Shown here piece after piece: positions 8,612-19,624 of a stretch of 52,200 nt of DNA. The position numbers and the translations under genes were made by a program. Position 1 is the first letter of the stretch, and the number at the start of each line of letters is the position of its first letter. The DNA comes from an uncultured Streptococcus sp. (lineage in GTDB: Bacteria > Bacillota > Bacilli > Lactobacillales > Aerococcaceae), in contig CAUVJW010000001.1 of the NCBI GenBank assembly GCA_963552295.1, positions 1 to 52,200 on the forward strand, written 5' to 3'. Under the pieces are notes generated by a model, which did no database searches, was not told the DNA's origin, and worked only from the letters and a program-made list of their open reading frames with translations.

Positions 8612-10594
8612 ATGGATCAATTTAAATTAGTGGCTCCTTATGCACCAAATGGAGACCAACCTCAAGCCATCCAAGAACTCGTCGATGGCATCAATAATGG
8701 GGTTAAAGAACAGACCTTACTTGGGGCAACCGGAACAGGGAAGACGTTCACGATTGCCAATGTGATTCAAGAAGTCAATAAACCAACGCTAGTATTAGCG
8801 CATAATAAAACATTAGCCGGCCAGTTGTACGGAGAGTTGAAAGAATTCTTCCCGGACAATGCGGTCGAATATTTTGTATCGTACTATGACTACTATCAAC
8901 CGGAGGCGTACGTACCTGCCAGCGATACGTATATTGAGAAGGAATCAAGTGTCAACGATGAGATTGATAAATTACGGCATTCGGCAACAAGCGCCCTTCT
9001 AGAACGTCGCGATGTGATTGTAGTGGCGTCTGTGTCTTCGATGTACGGTTTAGTAAACCCAGAAGATTACCGCGACCATGTATTATCGCTTCGTGAAGGC
9101 ATGGAAATCGAACGCGATGACCTATTGCGTCGATTGGTAGAAATGCAATTCGAGCGTAACGACTATGATTTCCGCCGCGGAACTTTCCGTGTTCGTGGGG
9201 ATGTCGTTGAAATCTTCCTACCAGGAAATGATGCGACGGCCTTTCGTATCGAGTTCTTCGGAGATGAAATCGAAGCGATTAAAGAAGTTGATGTGTTGAC
9301 GGGTGAAATTAAAGCAACCGTGGAACACGTGCCGATTTTCCCAGCAACGCACTTTGTGGCGAACGAGGACCAAATTTCACGGGCCGTGGCAACGATTAAA
9401 GAAGAGCTTGCGGAACGATTAAAAGAATTACGAGACGACAACTTACTGCTAGAAGCACAACGCTTGGAGCAACGTACCAACTACGATATCGAAATGCTCC
9501 TAGAGATGGGGTACTGTAACGGGATTGAGAACTACTCCCGTCATATGGATGGCCGACGTCCAGGACAACCACCGTATACTTTATTAGACTTCTTCCCGAA
9601 AGATTCGCTTTTCGTGGTCGATGAGTCGCATATTACGATGTCGCAAATTCGTGGTATGTATAACGGAGACCGTGCACGTAAGGAGCAGTTAATTAAATAC
9701 GGCTTCCGCTTACCGAGTGCTTTAGATAACCGTCCATTGCGCTTCGAAGAGTTCGAGGAACGCGTGCCGCAAATCATTTATATTTCGGCGACTCCGGGGC
9801 CTTACGAATTATCACATACGCCAACAGTTACTGAGCAAATCATTCGCCCAACCGGCCTGCTCGATCCACCAGTGGAAGTTCGTCCAATTAAAGGACAAAT
9901 TGATGACTTGATTAGTGAAATCAACCTACGTGTAGAACGCAATGAGCGTGTTTTCATTACGACACTAACGAAGAAGATGTCCGAGGACTTGACCGACTAC
10001 TTAGAAGAAGTGGGCATTAAGGTGAAGTACTTGCATAGTGACATTAAGACATTGGAACGTACGGAAATCATCCGTAATTTACGACTCGGAGAATTCGACG
10101 TATTGGTCGGAATCAACTTGCTTCGTGAAGGGTTAGACGTGCCAGAAGTATCCCTTGTGGCGATTCTGGATGCGGATAAGGAAGGCTTCCTTCGTAGTGA
10201 ACGTTCTCTTGTTCAAACGATTGGACGTGCAGCGCGTAATGCGAACGGTCGCGTGATTATGTATGCCGATAAGATTACGGATTCGATGCAAAAAGCGATT
10301 GATGAAACGAATCGTCGTCGTGCCATCCAAGAGGCATACAATAAAGAGCATGGCATCGTTCCGAAGACCATCGTGAAGAATATCCGCGATTTAATTGCGA
10401 TTACGCACGAGGTCGAAAAAGAAGATGCACCAACGACTGCAAAAGACTTTAAGAAGATGACGCAAGAACAACGCCGAGAAGCGCTTGAGTTACTCGAGTT
10501 GGATATGCGTGCCGCAGCCAAAGACCTCGATTTCGAGAAAGCAGCAGACTTACGCGACGTGATTCTCGAATTGCGTGCTGAGTATCGCTTATAA
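8612..10594 (+). CDS. uvrB: Excinuclease ABC subunit B
   Basis: [31 protein letters not shown]-terminal UVR domain. Confidence 0.98.
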   Translation: MDQFKLVAPYAPNGDQPQAIQELVDGINNGVKEQTLLGATGTGKTFTIANVIQEVNKPTLVLAHNKTLAGQLYGELKEFFPDNAVEYFVSYYDYYQPEAYVPASDTYIEKESSVNDEIDKLRHSATSALLERRDVIVVASVSSMYGLVNPEDYRDHVLSLREGMEIERDDLLRRLVEMQFERNDYDFRRGTFRVRGDVVEIFLPGNDATAFRIEFFGDEIEAIKEVDVLTGEIKATVEHVPIFPATHFVANEDQISRAVATIKEELAERLKELRDDNLLLEAQRLEQRTNYDIEMLLEMGYCNGIENYSRHMDGRRPGQPPYTLLDFFPKDSLFVVDESHITMSQIRGMYNGDRARKEQLIKYGFRLPSALDNRPLRFEEFEERVPQIIYISATPGPYELSHTPTVTEQIIRPTGLLDPPVEVRPIKGQIDDLISEINLRVERNERVFITTLTKKMSEDLTDYLEEVGIKVKYLHSDIKTLERTEIIRNLRLGEFDVLVGINLLREGLDVPEVSLVAILDADKEGFLRSERSLVQTIGRAARNANGRVIMYADKITDSMQKAIDETNRRRAIQEAYNKEHGIVPKTIVKNIRDLIAITHEVEKEDAPTTAKDFKKMTQEQRREALELLELDMRAAAKDLDFEKAADLRDVILELRAEYRL

Positions 10595-10606
10595 GAGGAC
10601 ACATTT

Positions 10607-11251
10607 ATGAAATGGAAATTAACAAAGGACTTACCAGAACTGGAAGGGAAAGTCTTTCCGAGCCAAATGGAGGGATTTCATTTTCAGGTAGTGAGTGCCA
10701 GCAAAAAACAAGGCTTAGAAATAGTAGCGCTCGATGAGGTTAACGAGCGCTATACTTTGTTTGATATCCCAACAACGAGTAGCAGTATCGCTCAGGCCTT
10801 GCGCGAAGAGGCAAGTGAGCTAGCGTTCCAATGGATGCATCCTGAGCAATCGGATATCGAAGAAGCACGCCAGAAGTGGACGAAGTGGATGACCGAAAAT
10901 ATCGTCCCGTATCATGGCAATCCGTTTGAGAAGACGGAGGCGATGGGCTTTATGGTCGAAGATAAAGGCAAATGGTATGGGCTCATGATGGAAGTGCCGC
11001 TTCAAAAACTAGGAGTGGCTTCCCAGGCGAACGCCCTTATTTTGAACGTGAAGATTCATCCGGAAGACAAGGAACGACTCATCGCGACTGACGGGATTTT
11101 CGAAGCCTATCATATGAATAAGAAGCATTGGATTTCGATTGCGCTGAATGTGTGCACAGATGATGCACTCATCAAAGAGTGTATCTATACCAGCTACAAA
11201 TGTGTTGCAAAGAAAGACAATTCTTTACTTTCAACGAGAGATTCGCTATAA
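10607..11251 (+). CDS. MmcQ/YjbR-family DNA-binding protein
   Basis: C-terminal KWYGL..LNVK..AYHMNKKHWISI signature. Confidence 0.75.
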   Translation: MKWKLTKDLPELEGKVFPSQMEGFHFQVVSASKKQGLEIVALDEVNERYTLFDIPTTSSSIAQALREEASELAFQWMHPEQSDIEEARQKWTKWMTENIVPYHGNPFEKTEAMGFMVEDKGKWYGLMMEVPLQKLGVASQANALILNVKIHPEDKERLIATDGIFEAYHMNKKHWISIALNVCTDDALIKECIYTSYKCVAKKDNSLLSTRDSL

Positions 11252-11290
11252 TTTTCAACATAGCGTTTTAGCAAAAAGGAGATTTTTTTT

Positions 11291-12283
11291 ATGGTAAATA
11301 TTGCAATTGTAGGAGCGACAGGTGTCGTTGGAACAAAAATGATTGAACGTTTAGAAGAAAGTAACTTACAAGTAGACCACTTATATCTACTTGCTTCAGC
11401 GCGTTCAGCAGGGAAAGTACTACAGTTTAGAGGAAAAGATTATGTAGTCGAAGAATTAACGGAAGACTCCTTCAAGCGTAATATTGACTACGCCATCTTC
11501 TCAGCAGGGGGCGGCACTTCATTGAAATTTGCGCCAATCGCAGAACGTGACGGCGTGATTGTTATCGACAACTCAAGCGCATGGAGAATGGATCCAGAGA
11601 TTGATTTAGTCGTACCAGAATGTAACGCACCAACATTAGAGCGTAAGATTATCGCAAATCCAAACTGCTCAACAATCCAATCGGTTGTGCCATTACGTCC
11701 ATTGCATGATGCATTTGGATTAAAACGTGTGGCGTATACAACTTACCAAGCTGTTTCAGGTTCTGGACAAGCAGGAATTAATGATTTAAGAAATGGGGAA
11801 AAAGGGGAAGCTCCAACAAACTACCCACACCCAATTTACAATAACGTATTGCCGCATATCGATGTGTTTTTAGAAAATGGCTATACAAAAGAAGAAATGA
11901 AAATGATTCAAGAAACTCGCAAGATTCTAGGCTTATCAGATGATGTAGCCATCACTGCTACTTGTGTACGTGTGCCTGTTTATAACTCACACTCTGTAGA
12001 AATCAATGTGACTTTCGAAAAAGATACAACACCTGAAGAAATTCGTGCGATTTTAGAAAAAGCACCTGGCGTAATCGTATTAGATAAGCCTGAGGAAAAT
12101 GTATATCCAACACCATTACAAGCGACTGGACATGATGAAGTGTATGTGGGACGTATTCGTCGCGACATCTCTCAACCTAACAGCTTCCACATCTGGTGTG
12201 TGGGTGACAATATTCGTAAGGGTGCAGCAAGCAACGCGATCCAAATTGCGGAGTATATTGAAGCGCACAATTTACGTAGATAA
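11291..12283 (+). CDS. asd: Aspartate-semialdehyde dehydrogenase
   Basis: GATGVVG, IDNSSAWRM, ANPNCST, DNIRKGAA. Confidence 0.97.
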   Translation: MVNIAIVGATGVVGTKMIERLEESNLQVDHLYLLASARSAGKVLQFRGKDYVVEELTEDSFKRNIDYAIFSAGGGTSLKFAPIAERDGVIVIDNSSAWRMDPEIDLVVPECNAPTLERKIIANPNCSTIQSVVPLRPLHDAFGLKRVAYTTYQAVSGSGQAGINDLRNGEKGEAPTNYPHPIYNNVLPHIDVFLENGYTKEEMKMIQETRKILGLSDDVAITATCVRVPVYNSHSVEINVTFEKDTTPEEIRAILEKAPGVIVLDKPEENVYPTPLQATGHDEVYVGRIRRDISQPNSFHIWCVGDNIRKGAASNAIQIAEYIEAHNLRR

Positions 12284-12288
12284 TTAAA

Positions 12289-12541
12289 TAGAAGACTGGG
12301 CACCTGGGTGACAGTATAGTGAACAATGTTGATTACTCCAAATCCTTACGGATATCTTCATAATAGCTATAACGTTGCACCGGTTCGAGCCTAGGTCTCT
12401 CACCTTTAAAGCCTCAAAGGGAGCGTACGGAATAAAATTCCTACGCTCCCTTTTTCGCATTTAATGCCATCCCACGTTATGGCTATTATAGAATCCGTAA
12501 GATTTTTCGTAATCAACTTTCTAATAAGGCCCAGTCTTCTA
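12289..12541 (-). repeat. Structured intergenic element, copy C (reverse orientation)
   Basis: TAGAAGACTGGGC/GCCCAGTCTTCTA ends; minus strand TTAAA-t-GCGAAAAA-GGGAGCGTA..TACGCTCCC-TTTGAG-gc-TTTAA, GAGAC-cta-GGCTC, CGGTG. Confidence 0.88.
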
Positions 12542-12648
12542 ATGATTATTTACTCCGCTGCACCCCACTGTAGGTATAAAAAAGGATTCGTTGAGGATGG
12601 AAAAACGTGATGTATCATAAATGATACAACTTTAGAAAGTAAAAAAGT

Positions 12649-12688
12649 GAGTGTAACATTTTTGTTACGTAACATAATTGTTACACTC
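12649..12688. promoter_or_regulatory. Tandem palindromic operator-like site upstream of ABC exporter
   Basis: GTAACAtttttGTTAC directly followed by GTAACAtaatTGTTAC; the 40-mer is itself an imperfect palindrome. Confidence 0.45.
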
Positions 12689-12759
12689 TGAAAAATCAGA
12701 GGCAGGAAGCATGTTTTTCCGCTTTTGAAGAGGATAAAATGTGATACAATAAAAGTACT

Positions 12760-14508
12760 ATGAATGTAAAAGGAAGTACGCGTGTGAACAAGTTAAAACC
12801 TTATTTAAAGCCATATCTGAAAGAAACGATATTGGCACCTTTATTTAAATTATTCGAAGCAATTCTGGAGTTGTTTGTTCCGCTCATTATGGCGGTCATT
12901 ATCGATAAAGGTATCGGTAATAAAGATACTGCACTGATTCTCCAACAAGGAGCGATTCTTGTTGGACTCGGAATGGTTGGTGTAGCCGTGTCGATTACCG
13001 CTCAGTATTTTGCGGCAAAGGCGGCAACCGGATTTACCGCCGACGTGAGACAGGCACTCTTTGCCAAAATTCAATACTTTAGTTTCTCGCAACTTGATGC
13101 GCTTGGAAATGACACTTTGCTGACGCGATTGACGAGTGATATGAATCTCGTGCAAAACGGGTTGAACATCGCGCTTCGTCTATTGCTACGTTCGCCGTTT
13201 ATCGTCGGTGGGGCGATTGTGATGGCCTTTGTTGTGAATGTGGAAATGGCATGGACGTTTGCCATCACAGTTCCAATCTTAGCAGTCGTCGTATTCGGGA
13301 TTATTTACTGGACGATTCCGATGTATCGCCGTGTGCAAGGAAAATTGGATCGCATTATGCGCCTCGTGCATGAAAACTTACTCGGTGTGCGTGTGATTCG
13401 TGCATTTAACCGCGAAGAAAAAGAAATTCAGTCGTTTAGAGAAGATACCGAAGCGTTGAATCAAGCGCAACAAAAGGTGAGTGGCCTCTCAGGAGCCATG
13501 AATCCTATTACATTTGTGATTGTGAATGTGGCGCTCATCGTCATTCTTTATGGCGGAGCGATTAAAGTGGACACAGGCACCTTAACGAAAGGGGAAGTCA
13601 TCGCTTTAACCAACTACATGTCTCAAATCTTAGTGGAGCTCGTGAAGTTCGCAAACCTGGTTGTATTGATGACAAAATCAGTAGCGAGTGCAGAGCGTAT
13701 TAACACGATTCTATCGATTGAAGCGGATATGGTCGAAGGTACTGAAAATGTTCATCCTGAAGGCGAAGTGTCAGTGGCGTTTAAAGACGTGACATTGACG
13801 TATCAAGGGGACCAAAACGCAGCGCTGAACCATATCTCATTTACCGCGTTGAAGGGACAGACTATCGGCGTGATTGGTGGGACTGGTAGCGGGAAATCGT
13901 CTCTTGTGAATATGATTCCCCGTTTCTATGATGCGACTGAGGGTAGTGTAGAGGTGTTCGGAGAAGACGTTCGTCGCTACCGTTTTGCATCGCTTCGTGG
14001 AGCGGTCGGAATGGTCTTGCAAAAGGCGCAACTTTTCCGTGGAACGATTGCCGACAATGTCCGTTTTGGAAATGCATCTGTTTCAAGTGAAGTGGTAGAA
14101 CATGCACTCGATATCGCCCAAGCCAGCGAGTTTGTACAGACGAAAGAAGGCGGACTTGATTATGGCATCGAACAAAATGGTCGCAATTTATCCGGTGGGC
14201 AAAAACAACGGATGACGATTGCACGTGCGATTGCTAAACAAGCACCGATTTTAATCCTAGATGATAGTGCTTCGGCATTAGACTTTGCGACCGACGCGAA
14301 ATTGCGTGAGGCGATTAAGAACCAAACGCCACGTCCAACAACCTTTATCGTGTCGCAACGGGCGGCGTCTGTGCAGTATGCAGACTTAATTCTTGTACTC
14401 GATGAAGGAAATCTTGTCGGAAAAGGCACGCATGAAGAGCTCTTAGCTAACAATGAGATTTACCAAGAAATTTACTACTCACAATTTCCAAAGGAGGATG
14501 AAGCATGA
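12760..14508 (+). CDS. ABC exporter, fused permease/ATPase subunit 1 (start may be GTG 12784)
   Basis: TM domain, GGTGSGKS, LSGGQKQR, degenerate Walker B ILDDS and Q switch. Confidence 0.9.
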   Translation: MNVKGSTRVNKLKPYLKPYLKETILAPLFKLFEAILELFVPLIMAVIIDKGIGNKDTALILQQGAILVGLGMVGVAVSITAQYFAAKAATGFTADVRQALFAKIQYFSFSQLDALGNDTLLTRLTSDMNLVQNGLNIALRLLLRSPFIVGGAIVMAFVVNVEMAWTFAITVPILAVVVFGIIYWTIPMYRRVQGKLDRIMRLVHENLLGVRVIRAFNREEKEIQSFREDTEALNQAQQKVSGLSGAMNPITFVIVNVALIVILYGGAIKVDTGTLTKGEVIALTNYMSQILVELVKFANLVVLMTKSVASAERINTILSIEADMVEGTENVHPEGEVSVAFKDVTLTYQGDQNAALNHISFTALKGQTIGVIGGTGSGKSSLVNMIPRFYDATEGSVEVFGEDVRRYRFASLRGAVGMVLQKAQLFRGTIADNVRFGNASVSSEVVEHALDIAQASEFVQTKEGGLDYGIEQNGRNLSGGQKQRMTIARAIAKQAPILILDDSASALDFATDAKLREAIKNQTPRPTTFIVSQRAASVQYADLILVLDEGNLVGKGTHEELLANNEIYQEIYYSQFPKEDEA

Positions 14509-16250
14509 GACAGACAACTCAATGGGAAACCATCCGTAAAGTCCTCCGCTACATCCGTCGCTACCGGATTTATTTCGTAGCGTCCATCCTTATGGCGAGT
14601 GTGAATGTATTCGGAACATTAATGATTCCAAAATTAGTCGGGGAAGCTGTGGACCAAATGCTGGACACGGGCCAAGTGTTCTATGAAGGACTATTTGCCA
14701 TCCTTTGGCAGATTGCCCTCTTTACGGCAGTGGCAGCCATCGCGCAGTGGTTAATGAACCTCAGCAATAACAAGATGACGTACTCTGTGGTTCGTGACCT
14801 TCGTAGAGACGCGCTTGAAAAAATCGAGACATTACCACTCAGTTATTTAGATATTCATCCAGCCGGAGAAATCGAGAGTCGTATCATTGCGGATGCAGAT
14901 CAATTTGCGGATGGATTATTGATGGGATTCACACAGTTATTCACGGGTGTGATGACCATTCTAGGAACCTTAGTCTTTATGCTGAGCGTGAATATGACAT
15001 TGACGCTCGTAGTAGTCGTGGTGACGCCAGTATCCTTCGTGATGGCCAGCTTTGTTGCGAAGAAATCCTATCATTTCTTTAAACAACAATCGGAAATTCG
15101 TGGCGACCAAACCGCCTATATGAATGAGATGATTGAGGGAACACGAGTGGTTACGGCCTTCCAGCAACAAGAAAAAGTCATTGAGGACTTTGCGGTGATT
15201 AATAAGAAGTTAACGGATGTATCGCTCAAGGCTATTTTCTTCTCGAGCATCACGAATCCGGCAACGCGCTTTGTCAATAGCATCGTCTACACAAGTGTGG
15301 GCGTGTTCGGGGCGTTCTTCGTGATGAGTGGTGGCGTGACGGTCGGACAACTGTCTTCCTTCTTAAGTTACGCGAACCAATATACGAAACCATTCAATGA
15401 AATCTCAGGAGTCATTACGGAGTTACAAAATGCGATTGCCTGTGCGAATCGCGTGTTTGAACTGTTGGAACAACCTTCTGAGAGTCCAGAGCGTGCAGGT
15501 GCTGTGTCTCCTGAAAACTTTGACGGGGCTGTGGAATTTAGCCATGTGGATTTCTCTTATGTGAAAGACCAACCGCTTATTGAAGACTTCTCGCTGGATG
15601 TCAAACCAGGGCAACGTGTGGCGATTGTCGGTCCAACCGGAAGTGGGAAGACGACATTGATTAACTTATTGATGCGTTTCTACGATATTAATAGTGGGAA
15701 ATTAGCCATCGACGGGCTTTCGATTGAAGATATCACGCGTCAAAGCCTACGAAATGGATTCGGAATGGTGCTTCAAGAAACATGGCTTCAAACGGGAACT
15801 GTCCGTGAAAATATCACGATGGGAAATCCAACGATTAGCGAAGAAGAGATGATTCGCATCGCAAAACTCTGTCATATTCATGGATTTGTAAGCCGTCTGC
15901 CACAAGGATATGATACGGTGATTTCGGATGATGGTGGAGACTTCTCGCAAGGGCAAAAACAATTGCTCTGCATCGCGCGTGTGATGATGGGGCAACCTAA
16001 TATGCTGATTCTTGATGAAGCGACTTCTTCCATCGATACGCGTACCGAGTTGAAGATTCAAGAAGCCTTTCAACATCTGATGGAAGGACGCACGAGCTTT
16101 ATCGTGGCGCACCGCTTATCGACCATTCGTACCGCAGATGTGATTCTCGTCTTAAAAGACGGACATGTCATTGAAAAAGGAAATCATGCCAGCTTGATGG
16201 AGCAACGTGGATTTTACTACAATCTCTATCAAAGTCAGTGGCAACATTAA
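14505..16250 (+). CDS. ABC exporter, fused permease/ATPase subunit 2
   Basis: GPTGSGKT, FSQGQKQ, ILDEATS, AHRLSTI; ATGA overlap with partner indicates heterodimer. Confidence 0.9.
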   Translation: MRQTTQWETIRKVLRYIRRYRIYFVASILMASVNVFGTLMIPKLVGEAVDQMLDTGQVFYEGLFAILWQIALFTAVAAIAQWLMNLSNNKMTYSVVRDLRRDALEKIETLPLSYLDIHPAGEIESRIIADADQFADGLLMGFTQLFTGVMTILGTLVFMLSVNMTLTLVVVVVTPVSFVMASFVAKKSYHFFKQQSEIRGDQTAYMNEMIEGTRVVTAFQQQEKVIEDFAVINKKLTDVSLKAIFFSSITNPATRFVNSIVYTSVGVFGAFFVMSGGVTVGQLSSFLSYANQYTKPFNEISGVITELQNAIACANRVFELLEQPSESPERAGAVSPENFDGAVEFSHVDFSYVKDQPLIEDFSLDVKPGQRVAIVGPTGSGKTTLINLLMRFYDINSGKLAIDGLSIEDITRQSLRNGFGMVLQETWLQTGTVRENITMGNPTISEEEMIRIAKLCHIHGFVSRLPQGYDTVISDDGGDFSQGQKQLLCIARVMMGQPNMLILDEATSSIDTRTELKIQEAFQHLMEGRTSFIVAHRLSTIRTADVILVLKDGHVIEKGNHASLMEQRGFYYNLYQSQWQH

Positions 16251-16253
16251 CAT

Positions 16254-16295
16254 AAAAAGAAGCGTAGGCTCTATAAAAAGAGTCTACGCTTCTTT
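16254..16295. terminator. Bidirectional terminator between convergent genes
   Basis: AAAAAGAAGCGTAGGCTCT..AGAGTCTACGCTTCTTT. Confidence 0.75.
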
Positions 16296-16341
16296 GAATT
16301 GCTGAAAGTGCAAAATTATCATATATGATAATTTCAAATGA

Positions 16342-18291
16342 TTATAGATTGAATTCTTCTAGCGCTAGAGACGCTTCTTCCCATTCCTCAAGAAGTGTTT
16401 CTTGGCGCTCGAGAAGGGCTCCTTCTTCGGTTGAGAGGGCAGCAGATTTATCTGGGTCAGAATAGTTTTCTTCCAGGGTCATCGCCTCATGCACTTGTTC
16501 GAGTGCCGTTTCGATATCGTGCATCTCCGTTTCTAGTTGCTCGATGCGTCGTGTGAGCGTACGGATTTGACGTTGCTCTTCTTTAGAGGCATGGTAGCTG
16601 GCTTTAGCTTCTGTCATCGGCTGGGCCGTCGCTAGTGGGGCATCCTTGGCCTCTTGCAAAGCGGCGAGTTCTTCTTTCTCTTGTTTTTTCTCGAGATAGT
16701 AGTCGTAGTCGCCTAAATACAGCGTGCTGCCAGTTTCTTCGATTTCAAGAATGGCCGTTGCGACCTTGTTGATGAAGAAACGGTCATGCGAAACGAAACA
16801 AATGGTGCCGTCGTAGTCGATAAGAGCATCTTCGAGCACTTCTTTACTGTCGATATCCAAGTGGTTGGTTGGTTCGTCGAGCAGTAGGAAATTATCATGT
16901 TCTAGAGACAGTTTGCAAAGTGCCAAACGAGCCTTTTCACCCCCGCTGAGTTGAGCTGTTGTTTTCTCAACATCATTTCCTGAGAAAAGGAAGCTACCAA
17001 GAATCGAACGAACGTCTTTTTCAGGCATCGTTGAGTGACGAGACCAGAGTTCTTCTAGAACTGTTTGATTCGATGAGAGGCCGGCCAAGTTTTGGTCATA
17101 GTAACCGACTTGAACGCCAGCACCTAAGTCGATTGAACCTTCGATTAAAGGTAATTCACCCGTAATAGACTTCAAGAGAGTAGATTTTCCAATACCGTTA
17201 GGCCCCACAATCGCGATGGCTTCACGCTTGCGAAGCTGGAAGGAAATCGGACCGCTGAAGGCTTCGTGGTCGTAGCCGATATAAGCGTCGGTTACTTGCA
17301 ACACTTGGTTTCCGGATTCGCGTTCCACGGTAAATTCAAAACGAGCAGAGCGCTGATCGCCTTTTGGTTTCTCTAAGCGTTCCATTTTCTCGAGCTTCTT
17401 ACGGCGTGATTGCGCACGTTTTGTGGTTGAGGCCCGGACTAAGTTTTTCGCAATGAATTCTTCTAAGTCGTGAATCTCTTGTTGCTGCTTCTCGTAGGCT
17501 TTTTGTTTGAGTAAATAGCGTTGCTCGCGTTCTTCTAAGTAGTGCGAGTAATTCCCTTTGTAATATTCACAGGCCTTATGACTGATTTCATAGACTTCGT
17601 TACACACACGGTCCAAGAAGTATTGGTCGTGGGATACGATGACAAGCGCGCTACTTGAAGAGCGTAAGTAGTCTTCAAGCCACGTCAATGTCTCGATATC
17701 CAAGTGGTTGGTTGGTTCGTCTAAAATGAGTAAGTCGTGTTTCTCTAATAAAATACGAGCGAGAGCGAGACGAGTACGTTGGCCTCCAGAGAGTGCTTGA
17801 ATCGGTTGGTCGTAGTCTTCTGGATAGAAACGGAATCCATGAAGAACGGTACGAATTTCAGACTCGTAACCATACGCATTCTTTTGGTTCAATTCTTCTT
17901 GCAATTGGTCGTATCGTTTTAAGGCGAGTTCGTACGCCACGGGGTCACTTAGAAGGTCTGGGTCACCGAGTTGCTCAGCCGCTTTTTGCGCTTGTTTCTT
18001 CAAGGTTTCCACATCTTCGAAGAGATGTACCATTTCTTCCCAAACGGTGCGGGAAGACTGGATGGCAGCGTATTGGTCTAAGTAGCCAATCGAGAGGTCT
18101 TTCTTCTTTGACACAGCGCCAAGAGAAGGTTCTTCGATTCCAGCCAACATTTTTAATAGCGTAGATTTTCCAGTACCATTTCGCCCAACGATGGCAATGC
18201 GTGAATTTTCTTGAATATGAATCGTAATATTTTCAAATAGGACTTCATCCGCAAACGTACGCGCGAGTCCTTGTCCTTGTAATAAAATCAT
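16342..18291 (-). CDS. ABC-F family ATPase (YdiF-like)
   Basis: Two NBDs (GRNGTGKS, GPNGIGKS; LSGG; LDEPTNHLD x2), no TM, C-terminal coiled coil; divergent from rex. Confidence 0.9.
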   Translation of the reverse strand: MILLQGQGLARTFADEVLFENITIHIQENSRIAIVGRNGTGKSTLLKMLAGIEEPSLGAVSKKKDLSIGYLDQYAAIQSSRTVWEEMVHLFEDVETLKKQAQKAAEQLGDPDLLSDPVAYELALKRYDQLQEELNQKNAYGYESEIRTVLHGFRFYPEDYDQPIQALSGGQRTRLALARILLEKHDLLILDEPTNHLDIETLTWLEDYLRSSSSALVIVSHDQYFLDRVCNEVYEISHKACEYYKGNYSHYLEEREQRYLLKQKAYEKQQQEIHDLEEFIAKNLVRASTTKRAQSRRKKLEKMERLEKPKGDQRSARFEFTVERESGNQVLQVTDAYIGYDHEAFSGPISFQLRKREAIAIVGPNGIGKSTLLKSITGELPLIEGSIDLGAGVQVGYYDQNLAGLSSNQTVLEELWSRHSTMPEKDVRSILGSFLFSGNDVEKTTAQLSGGEKARLALCKLSLEHDNFLLLDEPTNHLDIDSKEVLEDALIDYDGTICFVSHDRFFINKVATAILEIEETGSTLYLGDYDYYLEKKQEKEELAALQEAKDAPLATAQPMTEAKASYHASKEEQRQIRTLTRRIEQLETEMHDIETALEQVHEAMTLEENYSDPDKSAALSTEEGALLERQETLLEEWEEASLALEEFNL

Positions 18292-18533
18292 GACGGGTCC
18301 TTTCAATGTGGTATCAGTTTATTTTAGCATAAAAAAGAGGGGGAACAATATTGATACGCGTTCTTCTTTGCATTCACATTCACAATGGGGAGGTTGTGAA
18401 GAAAAAAGCACAAGGCTTGCTGTATATAAGCGAAATTCATTAATGTTCGTGAGGTACAAGCAAACTGTTTGTGAAATGAAATGTCGTTGTGATAGAATAC
18501 GCATGGATAAAAAAGAAAAAGGGAGTCTTATTC

Positions 18534-19181
18534 ATGAAAGATTTAAACGAATTAAAAGAAATCGAAGTGCCACGCGCAACTGCGAAACGTTTGGCCATTT
18601 ATCATCGTTACTTACGTTTCTTGCATGACGCAGGAAAACGTCGCATCTCATCAACTGAATTAAGTGAAGCTGTAAAAGTCGATAGCGCAACAATACGTCG
18701 TGACTTTTCATATTTCGGAGCTTTAGGAAAACGTGGATATGGATATGATGTAGAATACTTATTAGAATTCTTCAGCCATACTTTAAACCAAGATCGCCTA
18801 ACAAACGTCGCTTTAGTAGGGGTCGGTAAATTAGGACAAGCGCTCTTAAACTACAACTTCCACCAAAGCAACAACGTGCGTATTAGCGCAGCGTTCGACG
18901 TAAACGAAGACATCGTTGGAACAATCCAAACAGGTGTGCCAGTTTACAGCATGGATGAAATGGTAGAACAATTGAAAGTTCAACAAATCCAAGTGGCCAT
19001 CTTAACAGTGCCTCAAGATGTAGCTCAAGAAACAGCAGACCGCTTAGTAGAAGCAAATGTTCGCGGAATCTTGAACTTCACACCAATCCGCTTAGACGTA
19101 CCAGAAAACGTTCGAGTTCAAAACGTGGACTTAACAAACGAGTTACAAACTCTCATTTATTTCTTGGACAACCAAAAATAA
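18534..19181 (+). CDS. rex: Redox-sensing repressor Rex
   Basis: [40 protein letters not shown]. Confidence 0.96.
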   Translation: MKDLNELKEIEVPRATAKRLAIYHRYLRFLHDAGKRRISSTELSEAVKVDSATIRRDFSYFGALGKRGYGYDVEYLLEFFSHTLNQDRLTNVALVGVGKLGQALLNYNFHQSNNVRISAAFDVNEDIVGTIQTGVPVYSMDEMVEQLKVQQIQVAILTVPQDVAQETADRLVEANVRGILNFTPIRLDVPENVRVQNVDLTNELQTLIYFLDNQK

Positions 19182-19258
19182 TCTATTGAAAGGCATCCAT
19201 ATAGGTTGCCTTTTTTGTATAAAAAATAAGCACTAATCCAATCCGATTTGCGGAGCGA

Positions 19259-19531
19259 TTAGTGCTTTTCTTTTGGTTCTTTATCGTCTAGTGAATCCTC
19301 GTCATCGGGCAGATTCTCGATGAGGTTGGCGAGTTTTTTCAACTCGTTGTAGGTGCGAAGCATGTTGATACTTGTTACGATGCTTGTCGTTGCGAATAGA
19401 CAGCAGAATAATGTGATAAAGTCAAATCCATTTCCAGGATAATGCGTCGTTGCTAGAAAGATAAAGAAGACGGCTAATACGATTTCAAAATATAGTTTTC
19501 TAAAGAAACTTTTTCGTGTCATCGCAATCAT
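19259..19531 (-). CDS. Small membrane protein (YdiK/DUF4305-like)
   Basis: Two hydrophobic segments, GGAAAGG RBS, position between rex and groES. Confidence 0.55.
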   Translation of the reverse strand: MIAMTRKSFFRKLYFEIVLAVFFIFLATTHYPGNGFDFITLFCCLFATTSIVTSINMLRTYNELKKLANLIENLPDDEDSLDDKEPKEKH

Positions 19532-19624
19532 CCTTTCCTGTGAAAATCTTACAAAATTCCAGACAAATAAGCAAGTATTTATTCTTGATTTTTCCTGACC
19601 AAATGAGTATCATAAAACTATGAG

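Noticed and set aside
12289..12541. Element interpreted as a classical MITE
   Set aside because: Terminal inverted sequences differ between copies and I found no direct target-site duplication; conservation is central rather than terminal
18368..18486. Rex operator upstream of rex
   Set aside because: TTGTGAA and TTCACAA half-sites are present but not in the 18-bp TTGTGAA-N4-TTCACAA arrangement
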